64,000 nt of DNA from Calditrichia bacterium. Its GTDB lineage: Bacteria > Calditrichota > Calditrichia > JAJRVZ01. Position 1 is the stretch's first letter; the number at the start of each line of letters is the position of its first letter. The DNA lies in contig CAVZSQ010000022.1 in NCBI GenBank assembly GCA_963777955.1, positions 128,001 through 192,000 of the forward strand, in the 5' to 3' direction. The notes beneath the pieces were generated by a model. That model saw only the letters and a list, made by a program, of their open reading frames with translations, made no database searches and had not been told where the DNA came from. Both the position numbers and the translations under genes were made by a program. Shown in pieces: positions 33,533 through 43,444 of this stretch.

Positions 33533-33855
33533 ATGCCCCTCTTTTCGTTTATCGTTATTCTTAGACTCCCAATCTCCGCACGGGTTCCCCAAACAAGAAT
33601 AAAGTCAATAATTAACGTCTTGGAGGGTGAAATATATAATAAAAAATAAAAAATGCAATTAAAAATTTAAAAAAATTAAAATAATGGCCAACGACTTAAA
33701 GACTTGATATTATGAGGGTTAGATATAATACAATTTTCCGGCGATATGAAGATTTCATTGATCTGCCGGGGATCATGGATAGAAAATCCTTTTTCTTGAC
33801 TGAAGGCAAATATTCTTCTACATTTTTTATATTGGTATTGAGATGGAGTAGTTCC

Positions 33856-35070
33856 ATGCGCCAGATAAAATCTGCCATTGTAATATCTGATCTTCATTTA
33901 GGACGGCCCAGCAGTTATTTATGTTCAGATCACTCCGCCTTTGCGGCAAACCGGAAGGCCATATTGAATTTACTGCAGCAGGCTGGTGCTCAGGATGAAT
34001 TGATTTTAAATGGAGATATCATGGAGTTATCTCTGGCCGGCTGGAAGGAGGTAGGGCGGGAACTGGCTGAGTTTTTTAATCTGCTGGCTGAAGCCGGGCC
34101 CTATCAACGGATTGTATATATTCCGGGGAATCATGATCATCACTTCTGGCGGTTGCTGGTGGAAAAGATTCTGTTGTTGCATAACGTGGAAAATAAAAAT
34201 GCTCTGCCGGATATAGATGAATATCCGTTCTGTTTCGTTGATCAAAAGTTTTCCAGCAGGGATTACGATGTCATTCTGAATCACTTCTGGCCGGCCGGCA
34301 GTACGATGCCCGAAATGGTGATAAAATATCCGCATCATCTGTTGCAGGTCAAAGGACGGCAGGCCGCTGAGCAAACTTATCTGATCACTCATGGTCATTT
34401 TCTCGAGGATCTGTTTGTCCCTATGAATATACTGATTGAGCCGGCCCGCCTGGATGAACTGGAGGCCTTTAATAATATCTGGTTGGAGGCCTTTCACTAT
34501 CATCTCGGCCAGGCCGGCAGACTCTCCAACCGGGTCAGAGCCTTGCTGGACGGGTATGAAAAAGGGGGGAGTCAGGCCTATCGGGTGATTAAAAAAGTCC
34601 TGGATGAAATTTATGTGCGTATCAACAGGAGATACCGCATTGTCTGGCCCTTCAACTGGATGCTCAAACACGCCATTAAAAAAATAGTGAAAAAAGTATC
34701 TCTCAGCCGCCACAGTGAATTATTCGGTGTGGCCCTCAATAAGGATCTGAAGAAAAACATCAGGGCTTATGTTAATAAGTACTTGTTATCCCGCTATAAA
34801 AAAACATTAAGAAGCGATTTCCATTTTCCGGGTGGAACAGATATCCCCACGCCTTTTACATTTCTGTTCGGGCATACCCATCGACCGGTTGCCGGACCGG
34901 AAACAGCCGAAGCCTGGATCGAAATTGAAAAGCAGATTTTTCCCATCGCTAATAGTGGCGGCTGGCTGCGCAGCGACACTACGGGAAAAACCAAGGGCCA
35001 GAATGCCGGCATCATCCTGATTAACCAGGACGGCTGGAAATGGCATTCATTGACAGGACAACTGCGATAA
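33856..35070 (+). CDS. Calcineurin-like metallophosphoesterase
   Basis: All five motifs are present: ISDLHLG, LNGDIME, PGNHDH, ITHGH and FGHTH. RBS GGAG precedes ATG 33856. Confidence 0.88.
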   Translation: MRQIKSAIVISDLHLGRPSSYLCSDHSAFAANRKAILNLLQQAGAQDELILNGDIMELSLAGWKEVGRELAEFFNLLAEAGPYQRIVYIPGNHDHHFWRLLVEKILLLHNVENKNALPDIDEYPFCFVDQKFSSRDYDVILNHFWPAGSTMPEMVIKYPHHLLQVKGRQAAEQTYLITHGHFLEDLFVPMNILIEPARLDELEAFNNIWLEAFHYHLGQAGRLSNRVRALLDGYEKGGSQAYRVIKKVLDEIYVRINRRYRIVWPFNWMLKHAIKKIVKKVSLSRHSELFGVALNKDLKKNIRAYVNKYLLSRYKKTLRSDFHFPGGTDIPTPFTFLFGHTHRPVAGPETAEAWIEIEKQIFPIANSGGWLRSDTTGKTKGQNAGIILINQDGWKWHSLTGQLR

Positions 35071-35103
35071 CCTATCTCCTTACTCCCCTTCCCCGGTCCC
35101 GGG

Positions 35104-35135
35104 CGACTTGTGCTGAGCGGAGCCGAAGCAAGTCG
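35104..35135. repeat. REP-like palindrome CGACTTGTGCTGAGCGGAGCCGAAGCAAGTCG
   Basis: Its core matches the reverse complement of 7598-7621 (21/24). It sits in a larger pyrimidine/purine inverted repeat between convergent genes. Confidence 0.7.
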
Positions 35136-35166
35136 AGGAGATAAGGGAAGGAAGAAGGTGCAGAGG

Positions 35167-35511
35167 TCAGTCTATTTTCACTCCATCATCATGCGGGTAA
35201 TAACGGCGATAAACGATATTGCTCAGCATGACCGCCCCCTGATCATTAACTTTAATTCTACGTTTGGTTAATTCGGTCTCGATCAGTTTTAAGGAATCCT
35301 GCCAGGAATGATGTGATTCCAGCTGCTGAATAAATTGCCTGAACTCGGCTTCTCTGCCGTTGAATACCTTATTATTGATTAATTTTGTAGTCCTGGGATT
35401 CAACAGAGAATCTATAGAAGCCAGATTCCGGACGGGTTTTGTTCCGCGATGTTTCGCCGGAGCTGGTGCAGTAATCTCGTCGTCACTGCGACTTATTAAT
35501 TTATCTGTCAT
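35167..35511 (-). CDS. Hypothetical protein
   Basis: 114-aa ORF from MTDKLISR with GGAG upstream; helical C-terminal domain. Confidence 0.65.
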   Translation of the reverse strand: MTDKLISRSDDEITAPAPAKHRGTKPVRNLASIDSLLNPRTTKLINNKVFNGREAEFRQFIQQLESHHSWQDSLKLIETELTKRRIKVNDQGAVMLSNIVYRRYYPHDDGVKID

Positions 35512-35622
35512 GTCATAATCTCCAAATATTTCCAGAGTTTTGATCAAGGTCAAAATCAAAAACTCGAATTAATAATTTTGTCAGTTCAAATATGCTACCG
35601 GTACTTTTATGATATTATGAAA

Positions 35623-35778
35623 TTACTTTCGCACGATATTATTTGCGTTGGATGCCTCGTTTTTAATCTGCTGATCAACTTTTTTTGCTGAAAAAGTCAG
35701 ATAGAGCAGATATAACAGTAAAGCCAGAAATACGGCGGCCACCGCAATGATGGCCAGCCAACCTATGATTGAGTTCAT
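35623..35778 (-). CDS. Small single-pass membrane protein (51 aa)
   Basis: RBS GAGGAG, then MNSIIGWLAIIAVAAVFLALLLYLLYLTFS with a basic tail. Confidence 0.65.
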   Translation of the reverse strand: MNSIIGWLAIIAVAAVFLALLLYLLYLTFSAKKVDQQIKNEASNANNIVRK

Positions 35779-35894
35779 GAATGAATACTCCTCTGTATAA
35801 AAAGTACATGGCTTTGCAGTATAGAAATTCCAGGAAATCAAAAATTCTGAACTATACTGCTAATTTTATATGACTTGAAATAAAGGGGAGTAAT

Positions 35895-36245
35895 TCAACC
35901 ATCAGCCGTATGCTGGCTGACTGCGAATTTGAAGCAAATCAGCGGAATGTTAAAATGCAGATCATTGTGTTGAATATATGTTTTCAGGACAAAAAATTGT
36001 GATCTGACAAAAACATCTTCTTTCTTTACCTGGATGGGTTTTATTTTAAAGGTCGAGGCATTCTCTTCATTCACTAAAAAAAGTTGCCCGGTAGCAGGAT
36101 CTAATGAATTGGTCCAATATACGCTGGCTGCAGATTGTCCGGCGGCATTACAGCTGGTCGAATAACCATTCAGCAGGGAGCTTAAAAAATAAGCATTGTA
36201 TAGAATGATTAATAAGTATGTTCTGTATTTTAGAAAAATTTTCAT
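35895..36245 (-). CDS. Hypothetical protein
   Basis: The ATG lies 4 nt past the upstream stop and is followed by a hydrophobic N-terminus. No recognisable domain. Confidence 0.45.
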   Translation of the reverse strand: MKIFLKYRTYLLIILYNAYFLSSLLNGYSTSCNAAGQSAASVYWTNSLDPATGQLFLVNEENASTFKIKPIQVKKEDVFVRSQFFVLKTYIQHNDLHFNIPLICFKFAVSQHTADG

Positions 36246-36249
36246 ATTC

Positions 36250-37068
36250 TTATAGGCGGATAACGGCCTCGGCATGTTCGGGTAAAGCCCGAAAAATCGC
36301 TTTGGCATCTGCTTGCGACAGTTTGATTTTTATCCTCAACTCCGGTTCCGGCCACTTCAGTTTTGTCAGAGTATATATAAATTCAAGTCCTTTTTCAAGG
36401 CGAAATTGTAAATTCCGGAAATGTTTTTCAAACCATCCGGTAAAAATGAATGCTTCGGTCTGATCGACCTGTATGATCAGGTTTTTATTGAATTGCAGGA
36501 TGAAACGGACATCCTGTTTCTCCAGCGGGGGATTAGCATCGACCATTTCCTTAGCTTCATTAGTGTCAGCCGGAGCCTCTTTCACTTTAATGGGCGCTTT
36601 GGGCAAAGTAGCCCAGTAATCCTGCAGGAAAAAACTGTCGGCAAACCAGGAATTTAATACACCTTTCTCTTTGGCATAGCGCAAAACCGGCGAGATATCG
36701 TAATCCTGAATCTTGCAAGAGCGGACCGAAACTCCTTTAATATCGATACTGATCAGACTATCGGACAAATCAACCGCCATTTTGATGGAATCTTTTTTAG
36801 CCATTTTTAACCGGTTCTTCCAAAAATTCCTGGCTATAAACAGATCGCTAAATTCCGAATTTTCGCCGGCAGGAACCTGTTGCGGGTCAGTTATAGTTTT
36901 AGCGGTAATGTTTTCCGGTACACTGGCGGCAGGTCCAGACAATAACTGCATATAATGCAGGGAACTTATCAGGTTGATGACAATCAGGGTGACGGCCGGC
37001 AACAGAATTACCAGACAAACAATGAACAGCCGTTTGCCGCTTTTAAACAGATAGTTCCTGATTTCCAT
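36250..37068 (-). CDS. Membrane-anchored LDT-fold-like protein lacking the catalytic His/Cys
   Basis: N-terminal TM. IKMAVDLSDSLISIDIKGVSVRSCKI and IKLSQADAKAIFRALPEHAEAVIRL resemble the first and last elements of the YkuD fold, but there is no HG...GC motif. Confidence 0.6.
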   Translation of the reverse strand: MEIRNYLFKSGKRLFIVCLVILLPAVTLIVINLISSLHYMQLLSGPAASVPENITAKTITDPQQVPAGENSEFSDLFIARNFWKNRLKMAKKDSIKMAVDLSDSLISIDIKGVSVRSCKIQDYDISPVLRYAKEKGVLNSWFADSFFLQDYWATLPKAPIKVKEAPADTNEAKEMVDANPPLEKQDVRFILQFNKNLIIQVDQTEAFIFTGWFEKHFRNLQFRLEKGLEFIYTLTKLKWPEPELRIKIKLSQADAKAIFRALPEHAEAVIRL

Positions 37069-37084
37069 AGATGTGTTCAAGTCT

Positions 37085-37870
37085 TCAATAAATAAATATT
37101 CTTGAACCAAGGCTCAGTGCCTGGTATACTTTTCGCAAGTCTTCATCGCCCAGGCGAATACAGCCGTGAGTTACCGGCATGCCCAGGAACCTTTGATAGA
37201 GGGTTCCATGAACCAGATAACCGTTACCGAAGGCCAGGGCATATTCACCTAACACACCATATTCATAGCGCTCAGGTGAATCGGGCGGGGGCACAGGCAG
37301 GCCTTCTTCGATGAAAGCCCAATCCGGCATACGCCATACCGGCGCTTCAACTTTCACCTGTACCCGGTACATTCCACGGGGAGTCTGAAATATCCATTGA
37401 CGCTGGTCGGATGCTTTGAGTAGTATGAAACTGCCGGTGGAACATACACCGTGATGTAAAACTTTTTTTCCATTTCTTATATAAAATTCATTATCGGCTG
37501 AACTTACTACCAGGTAGGGTTGTCTGGGCGTCAGTTGATCGAAAGCGCGGCGTAAAGCGGCCACTTCATACTCGAGTTTCTTCCAGGTCTTCGATTTTTT
37601 GGCCGCCGTGCTGTCAATTTGCCGGGCAGTGGTCATCCAGGCTGCACCTGTCGCCCATATCTCCCGGATTTCCGTGGTCAGCAGCATGATCACTAGCGCC
37701 AGCCCGAGACCGGCAGCGACTACGCTAATCCAGAATCTGCGCGGGTTGATATTCCCAGCGGACTGGATTTCCTCCCGGTCAGGGATTATTTCCTGCCCGT
37801 GCTTTTCAGTTTCCGGGCCGCTGTCACTTTTTTCAGTAGCTGAGTGGGACCGGGCGTTTGTTTCCTGCAT
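37085..37870 (-). CDS. L,D-transpeptidase (YkuD/ErfK type), membrane anchored
   Basis: CSTG, TPRGMYRV..K..APVWRMP, LGEYAL and YLVHGT...VTHGCIRL. Confidence 0.93.
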   Translation of the reverse strand: MQETNARSHSATEKSDSGPETEKHGQEIIPDREEIQSAGNINPRRFWISVVAAGLGLALVIMLLTTEIREIWATGAAWMTTARQIDSTAAKKSKTWKKLEYEVAALRRAFDQLTPRQPYLVVSSADNEFYIRNGKKVLHHGVCSTGSFILLKASDQRQWIFQTPRGMYRVQVKVEAPVWRMPDWAFIEEGLPVPPPDSPERYEYGVLGEYALAFGNGYLVHGTLYQRFLGMPVTHGCIRLGDEDLRKVYQALSLGSRIFIY

Positions 37871-37876
37871 AGATGG

Positions 37877-39026
37877 TTAATTTAAATGATTGTTAGAATG
37901 ATTGAAATTGATTTGATAATTTTTTGTGGTGCCAACGATAGTAACCGGGGTACCCACCTGGACCATGGCAAAAATCTTATCAATTTCCTGGTTACGTAAA
38001 GCGATACAACCGTCGGTCCAGTTCAGACCCTGGCCGCCCTCGCCGTGAATCTCAATAAGGCCGCCTATGTTGGCATCGAGGGGAAGATCTCCGTTAACCA
38101 GGGCAGAATAAAAACGCAGCCAATCCGCTTCATTGGGATAATCAAGATTCAAAGCTTTATAAAATTGAGTTTCTTTTCCCTGGCGTTTTTTGGTGACATA
38201 ATACCTGCCTTCAGGAGTGCGTCTATCACCTTTGTGCGTCTTGGTGCCGATCCAATTAGGGCCCATCTCAACGGCAAACTCGAATAAAAGAGTATCAGCC
38301 TGAAAGACACGACAGGTATGATCCAGTTTATCTACAATCAGTGCCGTGTGGCCGGAACTTTGCGCATAGTCCAGTGTCTCTTTTACCCATTGTTGCCATG
38401 TGGGAATTTTACTTAAGTATTTGTTAATTTCTTCCACCAGATTAGAATTGGCAAACGATATATGTTCCGCGGCTTTTTGCAGGATCAAATCTGCAGCAGA
38501 ATAATCTTTGCGTTCCAACAAATACCCTCCCTGCCGGACCAGTAATTCACCATGGATGATATGTTGACGCAATTCGACAGCGATGGGTATGATGTCAAAT
38601 TTTATGCGGTACTGCTCAGCCTGGTCCTGCAGATAAAACATTTTCAGTCTCAGCGCAAGTTTCAGGGAATCTTTGCATCACCTGAGTCCGCCGGATGGCT
38701 TGCCGGAGATCGGTATTGATTTTTAATATTAATTTTTCCGCAGTTTCATAGCGGCGAAGAGGGGGGAAACGTTTATTCTGAGTCTGGATCATCTGCCGGG
38801 ACTTTTCCCAGTTGTCATGGGCCTGCTGCATCACCGGCGCAACATAATTTTCAGCATCAATTTTTCGTGCTTGACTGTTGAGTTCGAGATACAGGATCAT
38901 GGCCGCCTGCGGCAAGCGCGGTTGCAGAACCAGCATCAGGATTATACCCATTATCAGGACTACAGGAATGGAAACTGCCAGTACGACCAGGCGGACTAAT
39001 TTTCTATTATAAGGCAGATTAAACAT
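37877..39026 (-). CDS. LDT-family protein (YafK/Csd6-like subgroup) with N-terminal TM and helical stalk, frame break near 38673
   Basis: The halves join as TQVMQDSLKLALRLKMFYLQD. Motifs KGDRRTPEGRY, ALNLDYPN, IEIHGEGG..NWTDGCIAL and GTPVTIVG. Confidence 0.88.
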
Positions 39027-39109
39027 ACTGAATATATTCGTAATTTCTTTAAAATCGATTAATATTAATTTTACGATTGTCTTGTAATGTACACTTGTTT
39101 TTAAAGGTC

Positions 39110-39156
39110 AAAAAAAAACCTCGTCTTAAAAGATGAACACTCTTAAAACGAGGTTT
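39110..39156 (-). terminator. Rho-independent terminator after the lipoprotein gene
   Basis: Minus strand reads AAACCTCGTTTTAAGAG-loop-CTTTTAAGACGAGG followed by a 9-T run. Confidence 0.85.
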
Positions 39157-39178
39157 CAAAAATACGCTGAATCGTTTA

Positions 39179-39796
39179 TTACTTGCTCATGGAAGTGATC
39201 TTGGCTTTCATGGCTGCGGCATTGCCCAATTCGGCAATCATATTATTGACCTGATCCAGGACGGTTTTGGCTTTGTCCCGGGCAACCATGTACTGGCCTT
39301 GCTCCTGGCTCTGTGCGGCCACGGTCAGTTCTGAAGCGATCGTTTGCAGATCATTCTGGAACTGCATCATGACCATTTTGCCTTCTTTGCCTCTGGGTGC
39401 TTTGGCTAATTTTTTCTTAGCCAGATCTATAGCGGCAGCGGCCTGTTTGATCAAGGTATCGGCTTCGGCACGTACTTGTTCTTTATTTACGGCAGCCTGT
39501 TGACCAAGTCCCGCGGCTGCGTTGGTTACGCCTTCAAGCAGGGTCTTAACCCGGTCATAGTTTCTGAACAGACCGAACTTGGCATCCTGAGTTTGTATCT
39601 CAGCCTGAGCGGCTTCGAGAGAATCAGTTACGGCTTTAAAAGCATCGGCAACGTAAATATTAGCTTCGGCTTTAACCGCACCTTCCAGGGCAGCTTTGGC
39701 TGCTTCCAGTTCCTGAACAGGAGCTTTGGCGCACCCGCTGAACAGGACCAGAGTCAATACCATCACAACCAGAGTAAGCATAGTGTTCAACTTCAT
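39179..39796 (-). CDS. Ala-rich helical lipoprotein (DUF4398-like) ending in Lys
   Basis: Lipobox FSGC (Cys22); coiled-coil-like A/E/K/Q composition; C-terminus MKAKITSMSK followed by TAA TAA. Confidence 0.85.
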   Translation of the reverse strand: MKLNTMLTLVVMVLTLVLFSGCAKAPVQELEAAKAALEGAVKAEANIYVADAFKAVTDSLEAAQAEIQTQDAKFGLFRNYDRVKTLLEGVTNAAAGLGQQAAVNKEQVRAEADTLIKQAAAAIDLAKKKLAKAPRGKEGKMVMMQFQNDLQTIASELTVAAQSQEQGQYMVARDKAKTVLDQVNNMIAELGNAAAMKAKITSMSK

Positions 39797-40218
39797 AAAT
39801 TATCCTTTCTTGTTAGATATTTTTGGTTTAAATTTCTGTAAACTACTTAATTATAAGTATTTATCCATGCAAAATAATGTTACTGTTCTTTCTAAATCCC
39901 CCGGGGGCATATATTTTTTCGCACTTACAATGATCAGCTGTTCAATCAAATTCTTATTTAAGGCCCCTTATTGGATGGGAAAAATATCCTATAATTTAAT
40001 TCAGTAAACCATGTTTGTCAATATCTTGATTAGTCTCTGTTATTATTTTTTTAGTATTGGTAATCAGGTAAAGTTGGACCCTTTCAGGCTTGATTGTATA
40101 GGGCTGATTTTCTTTTCTTTAAAATCTTGCAATTATCGTTTTCTTTTTTTAGAATCCAGCTCATCTATGTTAATCCTCATCAGATCATTTCAATGAAAGT
40201 AAAAATCAGAGAGTGCTT

Positions 40219-41810
40219 ATGCGTACGGAAAAATGTTCTCAGCTGTTTTTGATCTTCTCAATTTTAATTATCGACGCAGTCCTGCTTAATTTTCTACCGT
40301 CCTGTCAACAAAATAAAGAGCTTCTTCAAAAAACCTATGCTGCCGATACCCTGGTGGGTGACTGGCAGGGTAAAATAGTAACGTCGACCGGAATCGAACA
40401 ACCGCTCGCTGCCCAGATCGTCTCCTATGCCGGGGGGAAATACAGATTGAATCTGCTCGGCAATTTTGATACGCGCGATAGCGCGCTGGGCAATCTGGAT
40501 GCCCGCGAAAAAGACAGCCTGCTTGATTTTTCAGGAATAAGTAATGGTAGCGAATGGCAGGGCACCATCGATGGTAATAGTTTTAAAGGGGTCATATCCG
40601 GAAAGTTAACCGGTCAATTTAATATGGCCAAAGTTGAGCGTTTATCGCCTACCCTTAATCAAAAACCACCGGAACAGGCTGTTGTTCTGTTTGCCGGGAC
40701 GGGTCTGCAGCATTGGCAACAAGTGGGCGATCCGGTCTGGTATCTGAATTTAGCCCGGCAGTTGGGTGGAAATGATCGGGTAGCTTATCTGCGCAGTTCC
40801 CTGTGGTCCGATACTGATCAGCAGGTAATGCTGTTATTGGGCAGCGATGATGGAGTGAAAGTCTGGCTTAATGACAAGCTGGTCTGGTCCAACGCCAGGA
40901 ATCGCGGGGCCGAACCAGACGATGATACAGTTAATGTAGCGTTGATCGAAGGCTGGAACACGATCATGTGCAAAATCGCCAATGGGGATGGTGGTTGGGG
41001 CGCATATGTGAAAATGGTAAATCCGGATGGTTCTGCTCTCAATAATATATATGAACAAATAGCTGCTGCAGCGGATGGCAAGAGCAGAGACAGGCTGGAA
41101 AAAAATGATAATTATTTGACGGTGTGGCAAATCAGCCGTCAGGCCTTTACGCAGAAAGGATTGACGGGTAATCAGTTACTGGAGCCTGTTTTCCCCCCGA
41201 GCAACAGGGGGGTGACTGGCAGGAATTGGGTTTGAGTGCGGTGAATTATTCAGCAAAGTGGAAAGTTAAAGATGGTGCTATGGAGGTATTGCCCGGCAGC
41301 GGTTCCCTGGTGAGTAAACAGAAGTTTACTGATTTCTTCCTGCATATTGAGTTTCGTACACCATTCATGCCTGATCAAACCGGACAAAAACGGGGTAACA
41401 GCGGTGTTTATCTGCAAGGCAGGTATGAAGTTCAGATACTGGATAGTTATGGACTGGAAGGTGCAGATAATGAATGCGGAGGCATCTATAAAGTCGCCCG
41501 GCCGCGGGTCAATATGTGCGCACCGCCCCTGCAGTGGCAGACTTATGATATCACCTTTACCGCGGCACGATTTGATTCCGGCGGCGTTAAAATAAACCCG
41601 GCTCAGATTACCGCAATTCATAATGGCGTACCTATACATGAAAATCTGATTCTTCCCGGACCGACCGGTGGTGCCCTGGACCGGAACGAGAATGAACCCG
41701 GTGGTATCATGCTGCAGGATCACGGGAATTTAGTGCAATTCAGGAATATTTGGGTGGTGGATAAAGGCACTGAGGCACTAAAGCACAAAAGGAAAGTGCG
41801 ACCGCCCTGA
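40219..41810 (+). CDS. Exported DUF1080 (3-keto-disaccharide hydrolase family) protein with an inserted jelly-roll domain, frame break near 41197
   Basis: PPEQAVVLF..W, then an insert containing LGSDDGVKVWLN, then KWKVKDG, FTDFFLHIEF, GNSGVYLQGRYEVQILDS, WQTYDI and LQDHGNLVQFRNIWV. Candidate lipobox LPSC. Confidence 0.85.
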
Positions 41811-41828
41811 GTCCCTGAGTTCCTAAGT

Positions 41829-41948
41829 GACCCTCCCCTCTTTCCCCTCCCTTTCAGCCGCTGGGCTGAAAGGGAGGGGACGAAAGGGGTGGGTCGTGTC
41901 ATTCCGCCAGACGGATGATTTGCTTGATCGCATGTTGGCGGGAATCTT
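41829..41948. repeat. Two adjacent REP-like hairpins
   Basis: A perfect 17-bp stem at 41843-41859/41864-41880, then TGTCATTCCGCC...GGCGGGAATCT, which shares its termini with the reverse complement of ~24169-24222. Confidence 0.7.
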
Positions 41949-42070
41949 TGAGAATGAGATGAAAGTTAAGATCAGAGATTTAAGAAGGTATGCTGTACGG
42001 AAGCCGAAGGCGTTAAATTTTTGTAGAAAACCTGTTAAACAAAAAATTAATCAATCTTGAAAGGATAGAT

Positions 42071-43433
42071 ATGAGCAGCAAAAAAATCCAAAATAAAAAA
42101 GCAGATCCGATGACCCGGCGGGAATTCATCAGCCGTACGGCAGCTGGAACCGCAGGGATAATGATTGTGCCGCGATTTGTTTTGGGCGGTCCGGGCTTAT
42201 GTGGCCCCCAGCGATAAACTGAATATCGCCTGTGTCGGAGTCGGCGGCCAGGGAGAACATGATGTGGAAGGGGTCAGTTCGGAAAATATCGTAGCGTTAT
42301 GCGATGTTGATGACGAACGGGCAGCTGCAATGTATGACAAATTTCCCAAAGCAAAGAAGTATCCTGATTTCAGGATTATGCTGGAGAAGGAATATAAGCA
42401 TATCGATGCCGTTACCGTCACCACTCCCGATCATACCCATGCGGTTATTGCCATGATGGCTATTAAAATGAAAAAGCATGTGTATGTGCAAAAGCCTTTG
42501 ACTCATACTATCTATGAAGCACGTAAACTGGCGGAAGCGGCCCGGGAATATAAAGTAGTTACCCAGATGGGCAACCAGGGACATGCCAGCGAAGGGGCCC
42601 GCCTGATCAATGAATGGATCTGGGATGGCGCTATCGGTAATGTTTATGAAGCACATTGCTGGACTAATCGTCCGATCTGGCCGCAAAACATTCCACGGCC
42701 CGATACTCTTCCCTCCCTGCCGCCTACCCTGGACTGGGATCTGTGGATCGGTCCGTCACCGTGGAGGCCTTATCACCCTGCTTATGCTCCCTTCGCCTGG
42801 CGGGGTTGGTGGGATTTCGGTACGGGTGCCATTGGTGATATGGGCGCCCATATCATGGATCAGCCATTCTGGACTTTGAAACTGGATGCTCCCGATACCA
42901 TTCAGGCCAGTTCAACCGAGTTCAATGATGAAACATATCCGATCGCTTCAGAAGTAACTTTCACTTTTCCGGCCCGCGGAAATATGGGTCCGGTCAAACT
43001 GGTATGGCATGATGGCGGACTGATGCCGTCCCGGCCGGAAGAATTGGAAGACGACCGAAAAATGGGCAGCCGTGAAGGCGGTTCCTTATTTATAGGCGAG
43101 CGGGGAAAACTTATCTGCAGTACTTATGCTGAAAATCCACGCCTGATACCTGAATCCAAAATGAGAGAATATAAACTACCGGAAAAAACCATACCCAGGT
43201 CACCCGGAATCCGTGAAGAGTGGATCGCGGCCTGTAAGGGTGGTCCGCCAACCACTTCCAATTTCGATTATGCCGGTAAACTCACCGAAACAATGTTGCT
43301 GGGTAATCTGGCCATCCGTCTGAAAGAAAGAAATACGATCCTGAAATGGGATCCGGCCAATCTGCGCATCACCAACCTGGAAGAAGCCAACGATTTCATC
43401 CAGATGAAATACCGCCAGGGTTGGGGATTATAA
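42071..43433 (+). CDS. Tat-exported Gfo/Idh/MocA oxidoreductase, frame break near 42197
   Basis: MTRREFI...[11 protein letters not shown] joins [19 protein letters not shown]. Motifs [19 protein letters not shown] and [18 protein letters not shown]. Confidence 0.92.
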
Positions 43434-43444
43434 GGAATTAAGAC

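Noticed and set aside
33856..35070. Metallophosphoesterase plus neighbouring small ORFs as an anti-phage system
   Set aside because: No associated NTPase, nuclease or other defence-type gene, and the neighbours are on the opposite strand.
39726..40196. Short ORFs in the divergent region between the lipoprotein and DUF1080 genes (also 63022-63261)
   Set aside because: AT-rich with low-complexity translations and no RBS or motifs; likely promoter DNA.
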